From the NCBI RefSeq assembly GCF_001194135.2, contig NC_068985.1, forward strand, positions 16,783,902 through 16,847,901: a stretch of 64,000 nucleotides of DNA, written 5' to 3'. Shown here in pieces: positions 27,409 through 39,300 of the stretch (the first letter of the stretch is position 1; the number at the start of each line of letters is the position of its first letter). The notes under the pieces were generated by a model that searched no databases, had not been told where the DNA came from, and was given only the letters and a program-made list of their open reading frames with translations. Made by a program: the position numbers and the translations under genes. This stretch comes from Octopus bimaculoides (lineage: Eukaryota).

Positions 27409-28211
27409 GTTGCAGGAACTGTTAAGATTGGAGCTTGCTACGGTAAGGCATGCAGCCTTGCTTAGCTTAGTACTCCATCTGAGATTTTTGGTTGTATATT
27501 ACTGGCATTACTTGTAAGAAAGACAATAAATTTTATGAATGTTACATTTTATTTTTTATCCTAGTGATTGGTTTAGGGTTGGAGTAGTTGTGCAGTAATG
27601 CCTAGAGAATAGTGGATATCATAAATGTATAAGGTTGTATATATATTGTTGTTTAACCTGGTTTAGCTGATCTATGTTCAAAGGTATTTTATCCATGACC
27701 ATCTCATCATTTTAGGGCTATGTAGGACTATATTACTTAATGTGTCGATAATTTAAAACAGTAAAATGTGATTCATTGCTATTATACCTTCAGGCACTGA
27801 GTGTATATGTGTGTTATTGTCTGATCATGAGGCTTTTGAGTCTTTAGGTGGAAGGTGTGTCTTTGGATTTTGTATTCCTGACATGGTGTGGATTTCTGCA
27901 GCTAATTTTCAAGAAATACCTCTTAAGGGTATTCTCTTGGTATCACTGTGTAAATGTGGTATTGAGGTTGCTAGGGTAGCAGGAAGTGTGATGCATCCAA
28001 ACTTGTCCACCCCCACCTCTGCAAGAAGGTTGCAGGAACTGTTAAGATTGGAGCTTGCTACGGTAAGGCATGCAGCCTTGCTTAGCTTAGTACTCCATCT
28101 GAGATTTTTGGTTGTATATTACTGGCATTACTTGTAAGAAAGACAATAAATTTTATGAATGTTACATTTTATTTTTTATCCTAGTGATTGGTTTAGGGTT
28201 GGAGTAGTTGT
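27409..28211 (+). repeat. 183-bp exact direct duplication (27409-27591 and 28029-28211)
   Basis: Identical by base-by-base reading, offset 620; the first copy starts 5 nt after a 10-N gap. Confidence 0.9.
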
Positions 28212-28214
28212 TCA

Positions 28215-29345
28215 GTGCTTTTGCTGGCCCTCCAAGACCAGTGAGCTTGGTGCTATTCATATTGCATTTGAGCTATTGCAAGTCAGTGGCCGCAGGGAAA
28301 CATTCAGGAAGGTAATTCCAGCAACTGGCATCCTGGGGAGAAAGGAGTGTGGGTAGTTGCGATGGTCTGAGTTGGGAGAGAAATATAATACAGGTAGTGA
28401 AAGGAGGAGTGATGAAGGAAATCAGCAGTGATTGAGTCAAGGTAGCACAAGGCCTGCCAGCTCTGAGAAGTGGATGTCATTGTAGTAGCAGTAGTAGAAG
28501 AGACAAAGTTGATACAGCACATTGGTGAGTTTGTAAGTCAGAGGGTGAGATATGTGTGGTGTCCTTTCTTCAGAAACAGTATAGGATGTCTGCGTGTATG
28601 TAGTAGTAGTAGTATGGGAGCAGTTCTCTATTGTAATTCACCTGATATCTTTGTCGAGCAGAGGTCAGCAAAGTGTTCAATACTGGTCCTTGGTAGAAAA
28701 TGTGGTTATCTAAGGGGTTCTAGAAACACCAGAAACAATTATGAACATTGTGATGAATTTTTTTAGCAAACTGAATCTGGAGTATAGTAATTTAAGGCTA
28801 AAACTCTTATTTCCAGCCAAATATCAATGTAATATGACTGAATTTTTATTGCTCTTTATCAATTTCATTACATCTTTTTCATTAAATTTCTTCAAATATT
28901 TTTAAATAAAAGGCAGTAATGAGACAAGGATTTATTACTCTTGAATCAAGAATTTTTTTTATTATACTTTTAAATTTCATATGAGACATTTGTATGATGG
29001 GAATCAATGTTATCAATGATTCCGTAAAGGAGTCAATGATATAAGACCTCTGTTGTTGAGGGTTAGTAGATGTTAGAAACCTCCAGTATTTTCTGGTTCT
29101 AAATATGAATACCAGTCTTTGAGATACTATCTTTGCTATATCGAGGATATATGTTTACCAGGAGAGGTTTTCAGCAGAGGTGTAGTAATTGTGGGGGTTC
29201 TAATTATTCATGCTAGGAGAGGTGAAGTATAATAATGTTTTCTTAATATGTGCAGTGAGTGTTTTTGTTTGCTGTTGAGGTGCCAGAATTAGTTTGATTC
29301 CCACCATTGGAGGATATTTTTGAGGTCTCTGTTCATAGACAGTGC
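28215..29345 (-). mobile_element. Degenerate CR1-group LINE, RT C-terminal region
   Basis: Minus-strand motifs in order: RDLKNILQWWESN (about 29290-29337); NLSW*TYILDIAKIVSQRLVFIFRTRKY (about 29090-29175); YYNDIHFSELAGLV; HSFLPR...WNYLPECFP...LQ*LK (about 28260-28490). Confidence 0.7.
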
Positions 29346-32300
29346 AGATTTGGTGTTAGGTGTCTAGATTGCATGTGAATAATACTTGGTTGCTAATCAC
29401 TCTTATATAGTGTTTTACTGTTTGTTTAATAGTTTGTTTGATATGTGTTAGCTATCTGCTTTTGTATGTTTTATTTTTGTTATTACCTTGTTTAGCTGTT
29501 TGGTGCCTTGTTTTTATCTCACTGGTGCGTACTGTTTGACATTGGGTATTTTTGATATGTAATGGAGGGAGTATTTGCTTATGTTGCCTTATTTATTTAT
29601 TTTCCATACATCTCTAATTATCTTGAATATGTACAGTAGTATCTGTGTTAGTGTGATTATGGTGTTATTAGATTCTGAACTCAATATTACTGTTTCTTGG
29701 CCAAACTTGCTTCATTATGGATGGGGTTTTTATGTTTGTGAAACTGTTTTGTTTTCCTTTCTTTCTTCACTGACATAAGTGTATTCCAGTGATAATTGAT
29801 GAATGGTCCTAAGAGAGTTGGGAGAAGAAGACTTATTGTAGTTGATTTCGTGAGTATGTGTGTGAGAGCATGGGTTAATTTGATGTAAAAGGAGTTTAGC
29901 TGTGATGCTTTTATGTTACCTCTTGTCTTAAATAGTGCACTACTTGAAAGTAGTACATGTTGCAGTACATTGAGGTTTTCCCCATTTATTGTGTTTGTGA
30001 AAGTGTTGTAGTTGGAGTGAGTAACCTGGGGGGACCAATGGATGTGATTGCCGATGTTATTATATGTTTAATTATTCTATTAAAGTGCTTCATGTTGCTA
30101 ATTTCTATATTGAAAGCTAGCATTTCTAGTCTGGTGTCATCTCTCATTAGTTTATGAAATGTCATTTGTGATATCTATATCCTGAATGCACGATATTATA
30201 CATGTTTTAAGGCTTCTGTCGTGATAGGGTCTGTCAAATCTGGAGTGTAATTAAGAATGTGTGATATTCTGTGTTGAGTTAATATTAATGTTTCCTGAAT
30301 TATTACTACGTGGAATGTCGTGTATGATGATAAAATCTTACTTTCATGTATTTTGATGCCATTAATGTTATTATTAAAAATTTTTTGTCAGTTTCACAAA
30401 TATTATTTTTTACGTGGTGTGAAGTCTTGTTAGTTTTTTTTTTTTTCTCTTTTTTTTTTTTAATATAATCTGTACAGACTTGTGATGTTGTGAAGTTAGA
30501 TAATAATGGTATTTTCTGTTTTTATTGTTGCTGTTGTCATTGTTTCTATAATGTTGTGCATATTTTGTTGAGATTTTGTAAATAGTGTTATTTGATTCTT
30601 CCTTTGAGTATTTTAGAAAAAAAATTATTTTTTTATTTATGAATTTTAGCTTTTCATGTAGATATTGCATCTGTTGAGTTCCGATAGTGTCCACATATGG
30701 AAAAGATACAAATCAACATTATTCAGAGTATTATTTGATGATTCGGTTGCCTGCTGTTACAGTTTAAGTAACTCCATAGAGGCTTCTTCATTGGCTTGTC
30801 AATTCCTGATGTTTTTACCTCCAGGCTAAGCCTGATAGGGCAGATATATAATCAGACATTCCAGCTATGACTGTCCCACCTTTTTAGGCATATATGGGAC
30901 AACATTATCCAATGTATGTTGTTCTTACATATGACAGTAAGATATAAATTGAGGATGATTGGCTGCTATGTCTAGCAGAATTAGTATTGAGGTTCCCTTA
31001 CTGGTCCTGATGTTTTAACATTAGATATTCCCACCCACCATTTGTCTTAATATATGAAATCTAAAATTGTTATTTAATGTCCAATTTTCCATGCTTGCAT
31101 GGATCAGATGGTATTTTTTGAGGTAAGTTTTCTACAGTCAGATACCCTTCCTGTCACCAACCCTTACCTGTTCCCAAGCAAGGTAATGTTTACCCTATGA
31201 CCAGTCATGTTTTTCATAGAAGACTGGAAACAAACAACCACACTTGTATGACATTGATGTTCATTTACAAACATCATGTGATATCATGACAAGACAAAGG
31301 CACACACACACACGACAGGCTACTTTCAGTTTCCATCTCCCAAATCCACTTACAAGGCATTTGTCAGCCTGGTTTTTAGTAGAAAACATTTACCCAAGTG
31401 CCTTGCATCAGGACTGAACCCAAGACCTCATGGTTGGGAAGCAAGCTTTTTAACCATACAGACACAGCTCTGACAATAGCCATAGCTATACCTATATAAA
31501 TTGTAAGTTAAACTATTTCTTTCTTTTCATTTTAATACATGATGCAAAATAATATTTATATCTGGTTCCAAATTTTACACTAAATTGTTGGCTCTGGCAA
31601 GTTTTGTAATAAATCTTTGTTCAAGAATTTCACTTATCAAAATAGAAGGGAAATTGTCTGTTTTATAATTAAAAGGAAATGAAAAGCAACTCTAGATGAG
31701 AAAATATAACACCAAGTGTATTACTTTCTCAAAATCCTCTGTTAACTTTATGATAATTAGTTGTAACATGTAGAAGGTCGAGTTTTATATCAATTGTAAT
31801 CTAAAAATATCCAAAAGTAATCTAAAATATCCATCTCATTAATTCCAGTTTAATTTATAAATTACTCATTAATGACTTTTTACATAGTCCCTTTTTAATA
31901 AATACAGTGAATTAAGAGTTTCTTTTCTTCATACTGAAAGCTTCATTCTAAGTAAGAGGAATGTGAAGCATGAAGTAGCTTCGGCTGAAATCTTCATATT
32001 TTGTTGCCTACATAATTGTTGCAGGCTAAATTTATATCACACCCTATACATACCTAATGTTTGTAGCAGTCTAAATTTATCTGTATTCATTTAAAAATAT
32101 TCATCTGCTTTAATATTCAGCTATTTATCTCCTGATTTTAGTTGGATTTTTATAATAAATATATAGTAAATATTATATAATAAAAATATATCTTGTTTAT
32201 ATATTTGTTCACTATTGTTAAATTTGTTTCAAACACTTCCACTTAGATCTTTTACATATTACCCATAAATGCATACATACACTTTGTTAAATGCCTCCGT

Positions 32301-32662
32301 GAAATGCCATTGAAAGGAAACTTCACCTTAGTTGAATGTAGACAGCTAAGAGCTAATTAGTGGAGGTGGTCACTATATGAAAGTGAGGGAGTTTTGAGGG
32401 ATTTTTTTCTCTTCTTCCTTAATCTTTAATGTTATAAAAAAAAATGTTTGGTGGTGGAACAGAAAGTCAGATTTTAAAAATACTTCTAAGCTTGTGTTGA
32501 TATAAATTACAGGAATACAGGATGTATGAGTCAACAAAAAAGTACTTTGTCACATACTACTCAGGTACCTTCACTTAAACAGTTGTCTTCTACTATTGAA
32601 GTCTGTTAGATTATTCTTCACTTTGAAACTCAAATCTCCCCTTCTTGCATTATTGTAAAACT

Positions 32663-33710
32663 TCATCATCTCGTCATTTAATGTCTGCTTTCCATGCTGG
32701 CATGGGTTGGACGGTTTGACTGAGGACTGGCGAGCCAGAAGGCTGCACCAGGCTCCAATCTGATCTGGCAGAGTTTCTACAGCTGGATGCCCTTCCTAAC
32801 GCCAACTACTCTGAGAGTGTAGTGGGTGCTTTTACGTGCCGCCGGCATGAGGGCCAGTCAGGCAGTACTGGCAACAACCACGCTCAAAAGGTGTTTTTTA
32901 CATGCCACCTGCATGGGAGCCAGTCCGGCAGCACTGGCAACAACCATGCTCGATTGTTGTTTTTCACATGCCAACGGCACATGTGCCAGTAAGGCGATGC
33001 TGGCAACGATCACGCTCAAATGGTGCTATTTACATGCCACTGGCACGGGAGCCAGTCAGCGGTCCTGGCAATGATCACACTCAGATGGTGCTTTTAATGT
33101 TCCACTGCTACGAGTGCCAATCAGGCGGTACTGTCATCGGCCATGTCGGCGATTTTGATTTCACTTTCCTCAACAGGTCTTCGCAAGCAGTCACAGCCCA
33201 TGTTTCATTGCCATGTAGCATGGCTGTATTGCTCCTGAGCATTTGCCACATACAAAAACTATCTTCCCAGTTAGCTTTCCTTTGATATTGCTGCTTCTTA
33301 TGTGTCCATAGCTTACACTGGGTACATCTTACAGAGTTTCTACCTATGCCTTTTCTACAGATTGAGCATGGCCATCTACCTGAAGGGATTTGTGGTTTGT
33401 CTACCTTTCTACTTATTAAAACTTTGGTTTTAGCTAGGTTGACTCGAAGGCCCTTCAATTCTAATCCTTGCTTCCACACCCAAAACTTTTCCTCTAGTTC
33501 TGGTAGTGACTCAGCAATTAGAGCAAGGTCATCAGCATAGAGAAGCTCTCTGGGGCATCCTGTCTTGAATTCTTCTCTTATTGCTTAGAGGACTATGATG
33601 AATAAGAGGGGGCTGAGGACTGATCCTTGGTGGACCCCTAGTCCTACTTGGAATTCTTTACTGTACTCATTGCCAACCCTCACCTTAATGACAGCATCCC
33701 TGTACATGAC
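32663..33710 (-). mobile_element. 5'-truncated RTE LINE with RT core, two apparent internal deletions and a repeat-array 3' UTR
   Basis: Minus strand reads KVRVGNEYSKEFQVGLGVHQGSVLSPLLFI*...LLYADDLALIAES...WKQGLELKGLRVNLAKTKVL...CSICRKG...CTQCKLWTHK. It then jumps to TAMLHGNETWAVTA, then to the ORF end, the 3' UTR and a GAT-type tail. Confidence 0.92.
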
Positions 33711-34639
33711 TTACATATACTATAATAATAGATGAAGAAAGTGAAATCATCTCAGAAATCTTGACTGGTGTTTGGGATGGACATGTGTAACAGGTGTGTG
33801 TTGGCTTAATTTTTTCAGAAATTCCAATTTCAAAAATCTTTTGTAAAAGTTTGGTTATTATCAAGTGGTTAAGACATTGATGCTTACTTGACATGCTTCA
33901 TTGGGTTATCATTTGAAACAGTTCTAATATCATTATGTAAATAATATCTCAGTATGTTGTTCTATACTGCAGGTCTCTCACAGACCAGATCTATGAAACT
34001 AGTCCCTTAGCAGAATCCAAAGTGACAAAGAAAGATATTTCCAAAGATGGTATGACTGATGCTATGATGATCACTTACAAATGCTGTTGGATAGTTTCGG
34101 TGACCCTATACATTGCAAGACATCAGGGAGTAGTGTAAATCTAAGTTAGCATTTATGAGTCAATTTTCTTCAGTACAAGATGATAGTCTGTCTAAAATAA
34201 TCCCCCACCCACCCAAATCTTATCCAGTAAACAGACAATTATATTTCAGTTAAATTTCAAGATGATATGTTAATGTGTGTACAGTTTTAGAAAGATGTTT
34301 TAATCATATTTTCATACTATATCTATCTGTAACATTTCCAAACATCTACAGCATCAGATATACATGGTAGTTTTTTTTTTCTTTTATGCGAACATGATAC
34401 AAAACTAGAAAATGCAACTGTACATACCAGATAGCAATTATCAGCCTCTTTTTTCTTTTTTTCTTTTTACTCTGTTGGGTGGAAGACAGGATAAATGACA
34501 TCCAAAACATATCCATATTTTATATTTAATATTTGAAATAATTCTTATTTTCTTTTATTCTCCAAGAATAGTTTATCAATACCAACAGATTTAATTCTTT
34601 TTTCAGATTTATTGATTTTGCATGGTTTGAATTTCTACT

Positions 34640-34696
34640 GATGTTCATTTTCTTTTTTAAATTTCTATTTTCCAGTGAGTTGGTACATCGGCGACC
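34640..34696 (+). promoter_or_regulatory. U2-type acceptor (AG 34674-34675) and 21-nt 5' UTR part of the ATG exon; implies an unlocated upstream non-coding exon
   Basis: Long pyrimidine tract TTCATTTTCTTTTTTAAATTTCTATTTTCCAG directly before TGAGTTGGTACATCGGCGACCATG. Confidence 0.7.
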
Positions 34697-34778
34697 ATGG
34701 GGAAGTTATTTTCAAAGATATTTGGAAATAAGGAAATGAGGATATTAATGTTGGGTCTTGATGCAGCAGGAAAAACAA
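34697..34778 (+). CDS. ARF6: ARF6 coding exon 1 ([27 protein letters not shown] plus 1 nt)
   Basis: ATG at 34697 in a strong Kozak context (GCGACCATGG). Translation matches the ARF6 N-terminus, with the Gly2 myristoylation site and P-loop GLDAAGKT. Ends in phase 1 before GTATCCTTT. Confidence 0.97.
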
Positions 34779-35917
34779 GTATCCTTTAATGTAAACATTG
34801 CTGGTTTTAAGGATATTCTTTTTACTTATACATGTTTTAATTTAGCTAGTGTTTTTTAAACTTTATTTTCCATTTGTTATTAAATATGCAATTTTTGTCC
34901 CTCTATATGATATCTAGAATTTCAGAAAAGCAGTATTGTACAAGTTACATTGTCTTTATTGGAGCAACTAAAATGTTCATTTTATGATTTGTCAAATCCA
35001 TGATTGAAATAATGGAAAGAAACTCTGATCTGTAAATTAATTTCAGTGTCTAAATATTTTCATTACTACATACCATTGTTATTCAGCACCGATGTAATTT
35101 CTTCATTCATTATTATCAAGAATTAATATTTTCTTAAAATTTCGTTTTAGAAAGTCCTTTACTAATTTGGACAATATTCTAGTGTGTGCATGTGCACGCG
35201 TCTTTCTTTCTTTGTATTTTTTATGATTCAGGCAAGTGAAAGGGGCAGTTCCTATGGCAATCAGAGACTGGCAACATTTATACAATTTATGTTCAGTTTG
35301 TACATCTGTAATTCTAGGACTGCAGAAGAGCATGGGGAGAAAGGGAATTCCAGAGTCTAAGAAGGAAGGATTGGGTATTGTGACAGACTTTCTAAAACGA
35401 AATTTATTGGGAATTGTGACTGATGTGAGATGAAGAAAGAGAGAGAGAGAGAGAGAGATATCGTACGGGTTGTAAAAAGAGATTAGTGGGCATGGGTTGA
35501 GTTTTGTGGACAGCTAGCTAGTGCAGAAGCCCTTATTGGGATAACATGTTATAGTGGAGTGTATTGATGAGTTAATCAGACAGATGGCCCTCTTTTGGAT
35601 ACTTTGTAGGATGTGTGTGGTAGCAGCAACACCTTTGCAGATGGTGGGAGCAGTATTTTACTGTTAGTCTTAAACTTTATTAAGAGAAAGAGTTAGCTGT
35701 TCAAGTATTTCCTGATCTGGGATGCAGTCTTTTGATAAGCTATGTATACGAGATCACCAATAAAGATCATCAGAGATTGTGAAGGATTAGCACTCGTAAC
35801 AACTGTTTAATTGCATGATTAGAGATTAGAAATGGTGAGGTACAAGATATTATTCCATGCACTGGTCATATCTTCATGCTATTTAAGAGACAATTATCAT
35901 TGGGGAATTCTGTTTAA

Positions 35918-36090
35918 CCTTTTAGCTTTCAGATTACTCTGTCAAATGAAATTTTATTCACCTTGTTTTGAATTAATAATGTGATTGTCTTCTTTTTAAA
36001 TGACATTGTAGGGTATGTGCAGGAGGTTGGACCTGGCCTTTTTGAACATAAAAACACAATATTTGGGCCAGTATAGCCAGTTTAAATGCT
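35918..36090. mobile_element. TTAA-flanked MITE fragment of a second family
   Basis: Left end TTAA|CCTTTTAGC and an inverted GTTTAAATGCT near 36080-36090; the right terminus is truncated. Confidence 0.45.
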
Positions 36091-36172
36091 TGCTTGATCA
36101 ACCTGAAGAAAACATTAAAAAAAAAGAAGTCTTTTGTTTATTTGCATGATGATTTATCCTTAGAGCTTAAGG

Positions 36173-36323
36173 CAGGGGTCTGAAAACTTTTTAGACCATC
36201 GACCCCCCCCCCCCAGGCATGTACAAGAAAATAAATGATAATGAAGTAGATGTGCATTTATTAACCCTTTGAGTCGTCTCATTGACCCGCAGGGGTCAAT
36301 ATTGACCAGTTTGGAGACCCTTG
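36173..36323. mobile_element. hAT Buster/Charlie-type MITE, 151 bp, inside the ARF6 U12 intron
   Basis: Imperfect TIRs CAGGGGTCTGAAAAC / GTTTGGAGACCCTTG. Perfect 8-bp TSD GCTTAAGG at 36165-36172 and 36324-36331. Confidence 0.88.
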
Positions 36324-39300
36324 GCTTAAGGTCTTGCAGGTCTTGTCCTAGATTTAATGATCATACGCATGTTGGATTATGGAGCTGTTCTTTACTAAGA
36401 ATCTAAGTTTGACAATAATTTGTTCCCAGCAACTTGTGTCTTGGCATTTTGATAAGTTTATAAGGCTGTAAACAGGGTTTATAATCTTTTCTCTGCTTTT
36501 TTTTTTTTTTTTGATAAATTTTTTTTTTGTAGTTCTTTTTGCTTTTTACTGCATTAATGTCCTTTGGCATCTGGCTTCCATATCTACATTTTTTTTTTCC
36601 TGGTGATCTAAAGCAATATAGGGCTGATTTATGTTTTAATAGGATAACTGTTTTTATTTTTAGGTTGTTCTAATATTCTTTTGATCTATTAGCCTTTATT
36701 TTTGTTTGTCTTTCATTGGTTATTTACTATTTTATCCCTGATTGCTATGGATATTACATCATATGTAATTGGGAAATAGGACCTTATCCTATCACAATGA
36801 TGTGGCTAATGTCTTCAATTTTTACATGTCTTATATTCAGCTGTCAGCTGTTACCTTTTGTCTTTTGTTTAAAAGGTATTTAGTAGGGACTTGTTGACAC
36901 CCCATGGCAGTCTTTTAGCATGATTTACTCTCCATGTTATGCAATTTTCATTTCAATTTGCTCATATACAACCTTTTCAGTGAACTGGTCTAGTTTTTGT
37001 TTTTGTTATATTAGGTAAGATTTTCTGATGTTTTTGAGGAAAAGTTTTTATTCCATGCCTCTCCTCCAGTTCATTAGCTATCCTTACAAAGTTGTTAGTT
37101 TCATGTTTGTATACTTCTGAAATATTGTTACTGAGGATATTTCTCTATGACAGAAGTTGCCCCTCTGTTACTACCAAATTAAGCTCCAGTCTCTTTCCTT
37201 GTGTGGAGAATATTTGTCTACATCCCCATTGGCGTTGACATTTGCAGTGACTATATTTTTTAAAACTTTTGACCTATTGATTTCTTGACCTCTCCTGGCC
37301 ATTGGGTCTCTCATACATAACATTATTTTGTCCAAGATACTTGTTTGCATTTGGCACAATTTTCTCATCTGACCTCCATGAATACAAATGTCACTCTATC
37401 ATCTGTGGAACGCTGCCTAATGAGATCCAATTGCTTTTCATCCTGGTCAGTGCAGATCACCTTGCAGGACACCTTTTTTGGTAATGAATATATATATATA
37501 TATATATATATCTATATATATACATACTACCAATTGTCTTTGCTTTGTGAGCTGTAATGGATATTGTAATGCTGAATTACTTCCCTTAGTGTTGGTTATT
37601 CTGTTTGTCATTTTATATCTTTTTTATATTATTGAGTTCAATTTACTTTTCTTCATTTGTTTAGTATTACTTATTAGTGGATCTAGGAGTCAGTTGAGGT
37701 TGTTTCTATCTTTACTATATAAATACAAAATAATATTGTTTTGAGACAAAAGAAACTAGTAATTTAGATATCTTGATGATTGTTGATTCCCTTCGTGTAA
37801 TATGTAATTTTTGTATCTGCATTTTTTCTTTTATCACTGTTGTTTGTTTGTAATATTGGTCAGCAAGGATGATTTTCCTTCATTGTCAATCTGACAATGC
37901 TAATGGTAAATGACAATGGTGATGGTGATGACGACAATGACAACTAATGGTTGCTATCGTGCTGAAATATTTGTTAACAATATCCTGCATATCATATAGT
38001 TATTATGTGTGACATTTAACAATAAATGTTATAAGAATGTTGACATATTCTTTATTTTATTTGCAAATGTTGTTGTCGCAAATTCACATTCATGTATATA
38101 CACACAAGGCAAAGACAAGGTTAGAGCATATGCATGCATGCACATATGCACGTGCATATGTGTGTGTACATGCACAGCCACAGGTGCATGCACATGAATT
38201 CAATGATTTGCAAAGTTCAAAATGTAATATATTTCACTTCAAAAATATTTCTCTCTTGAAGTATTGTATTTAGTAAAGTCTTAGCTATGAATCTTTGTTT
38301 ATAATCAAGAAAAGTTTTTCAGGTCAGAGACAAATTTATCAAATATGGAAAATAAAAATTATTCATTTTCCTTTTTTGTACTTGTTTTGGTTTTTGTCCC
38401 ATTGGCCATGTTAGTTCAATGGATTACATCTCTCCCAATGCTTTGCTATTTATTTTATTGGCTTTGGTTGGAAAGAAGGCAGAGTTAGCCTTGGCAAGAT
38501 TTAAACTCAGAATGTGAAGGGACTTAACCATCAACCACAATGTGTCTGGTCTCGATGGTCTACCTTTTCTACTTTTCACCTACTGATGTGCTCTCGCATA
38601 CAGTTTTTATCTGTATGCGAGATGAAAACTGTTATCTACCAAATTTCACTCTCAAGTCTTTGATCAATATCAGTGTAAGGCCACAGTAGAAGATCTTGCT
38701 CAAGGCACCATGTAGTGAAATTGAAACAAAATGATTGCAAAGCAAGCTGGTGCTACATAAAAAGCACCCAGTACACTCTGTAAAGTGGTTGGCATCAGGA
38801 AGGGCATCCAGCTGTAGAAATTGTGCTAAAACATTGGAGCCTGGTGCAGTTCCAAGCCTTATCAGCTCCTGTCAATCTGTCCAACCCATTCCAGCATGGA
38901 AAATGGACATTAAATTATGATGATTACAGTCGCTATATTAAATTTTCTACTTCACCATTGCCTCAATAATATTGAGGCTAATTTACTCTAATATGATGAT
39001 GGTGATTTATTTTATTAATTGTGGATAGTCAGTGCAAAAAATACCAGTTTAGGTTCAAAACAATGAGACTAAATTATGCTTTGTAAAAGAAAATTAAGTT
39101 TAGCTTTGGTTATTTTTTACAAAAGAATTGCAAAAACTTTAATTGTATAAAATACATTGTTTTATGATAAATATTTGAGATAACAAAGTGTTTTAGGTTA
39201 GAATTGAATATATAATTGTTTGAAAAATTATTAAATATGGTAACTACAGTTAAAGTTGTCAAACACTGTGATTAAGTAATACAAATATTGCATTTTCTTA

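Noticed and set aside
29400-30300. Possible Penelope-like RT fossil on - (SAITSIGPP, KYSLHYISKIPNVK)
   Set aside because: The motifs are too degenerate to assign by eye; a profile-HMM search is needed.
32825-33135. CRISPR-like array of about 65-nt partly palindromic repeats (also 44300-44620 and 57420-57715)
   Set aside because: Whole units are homologous with no unique spacers, no cas genes are present, and the array is part of an RTE LINE 3' UTR.
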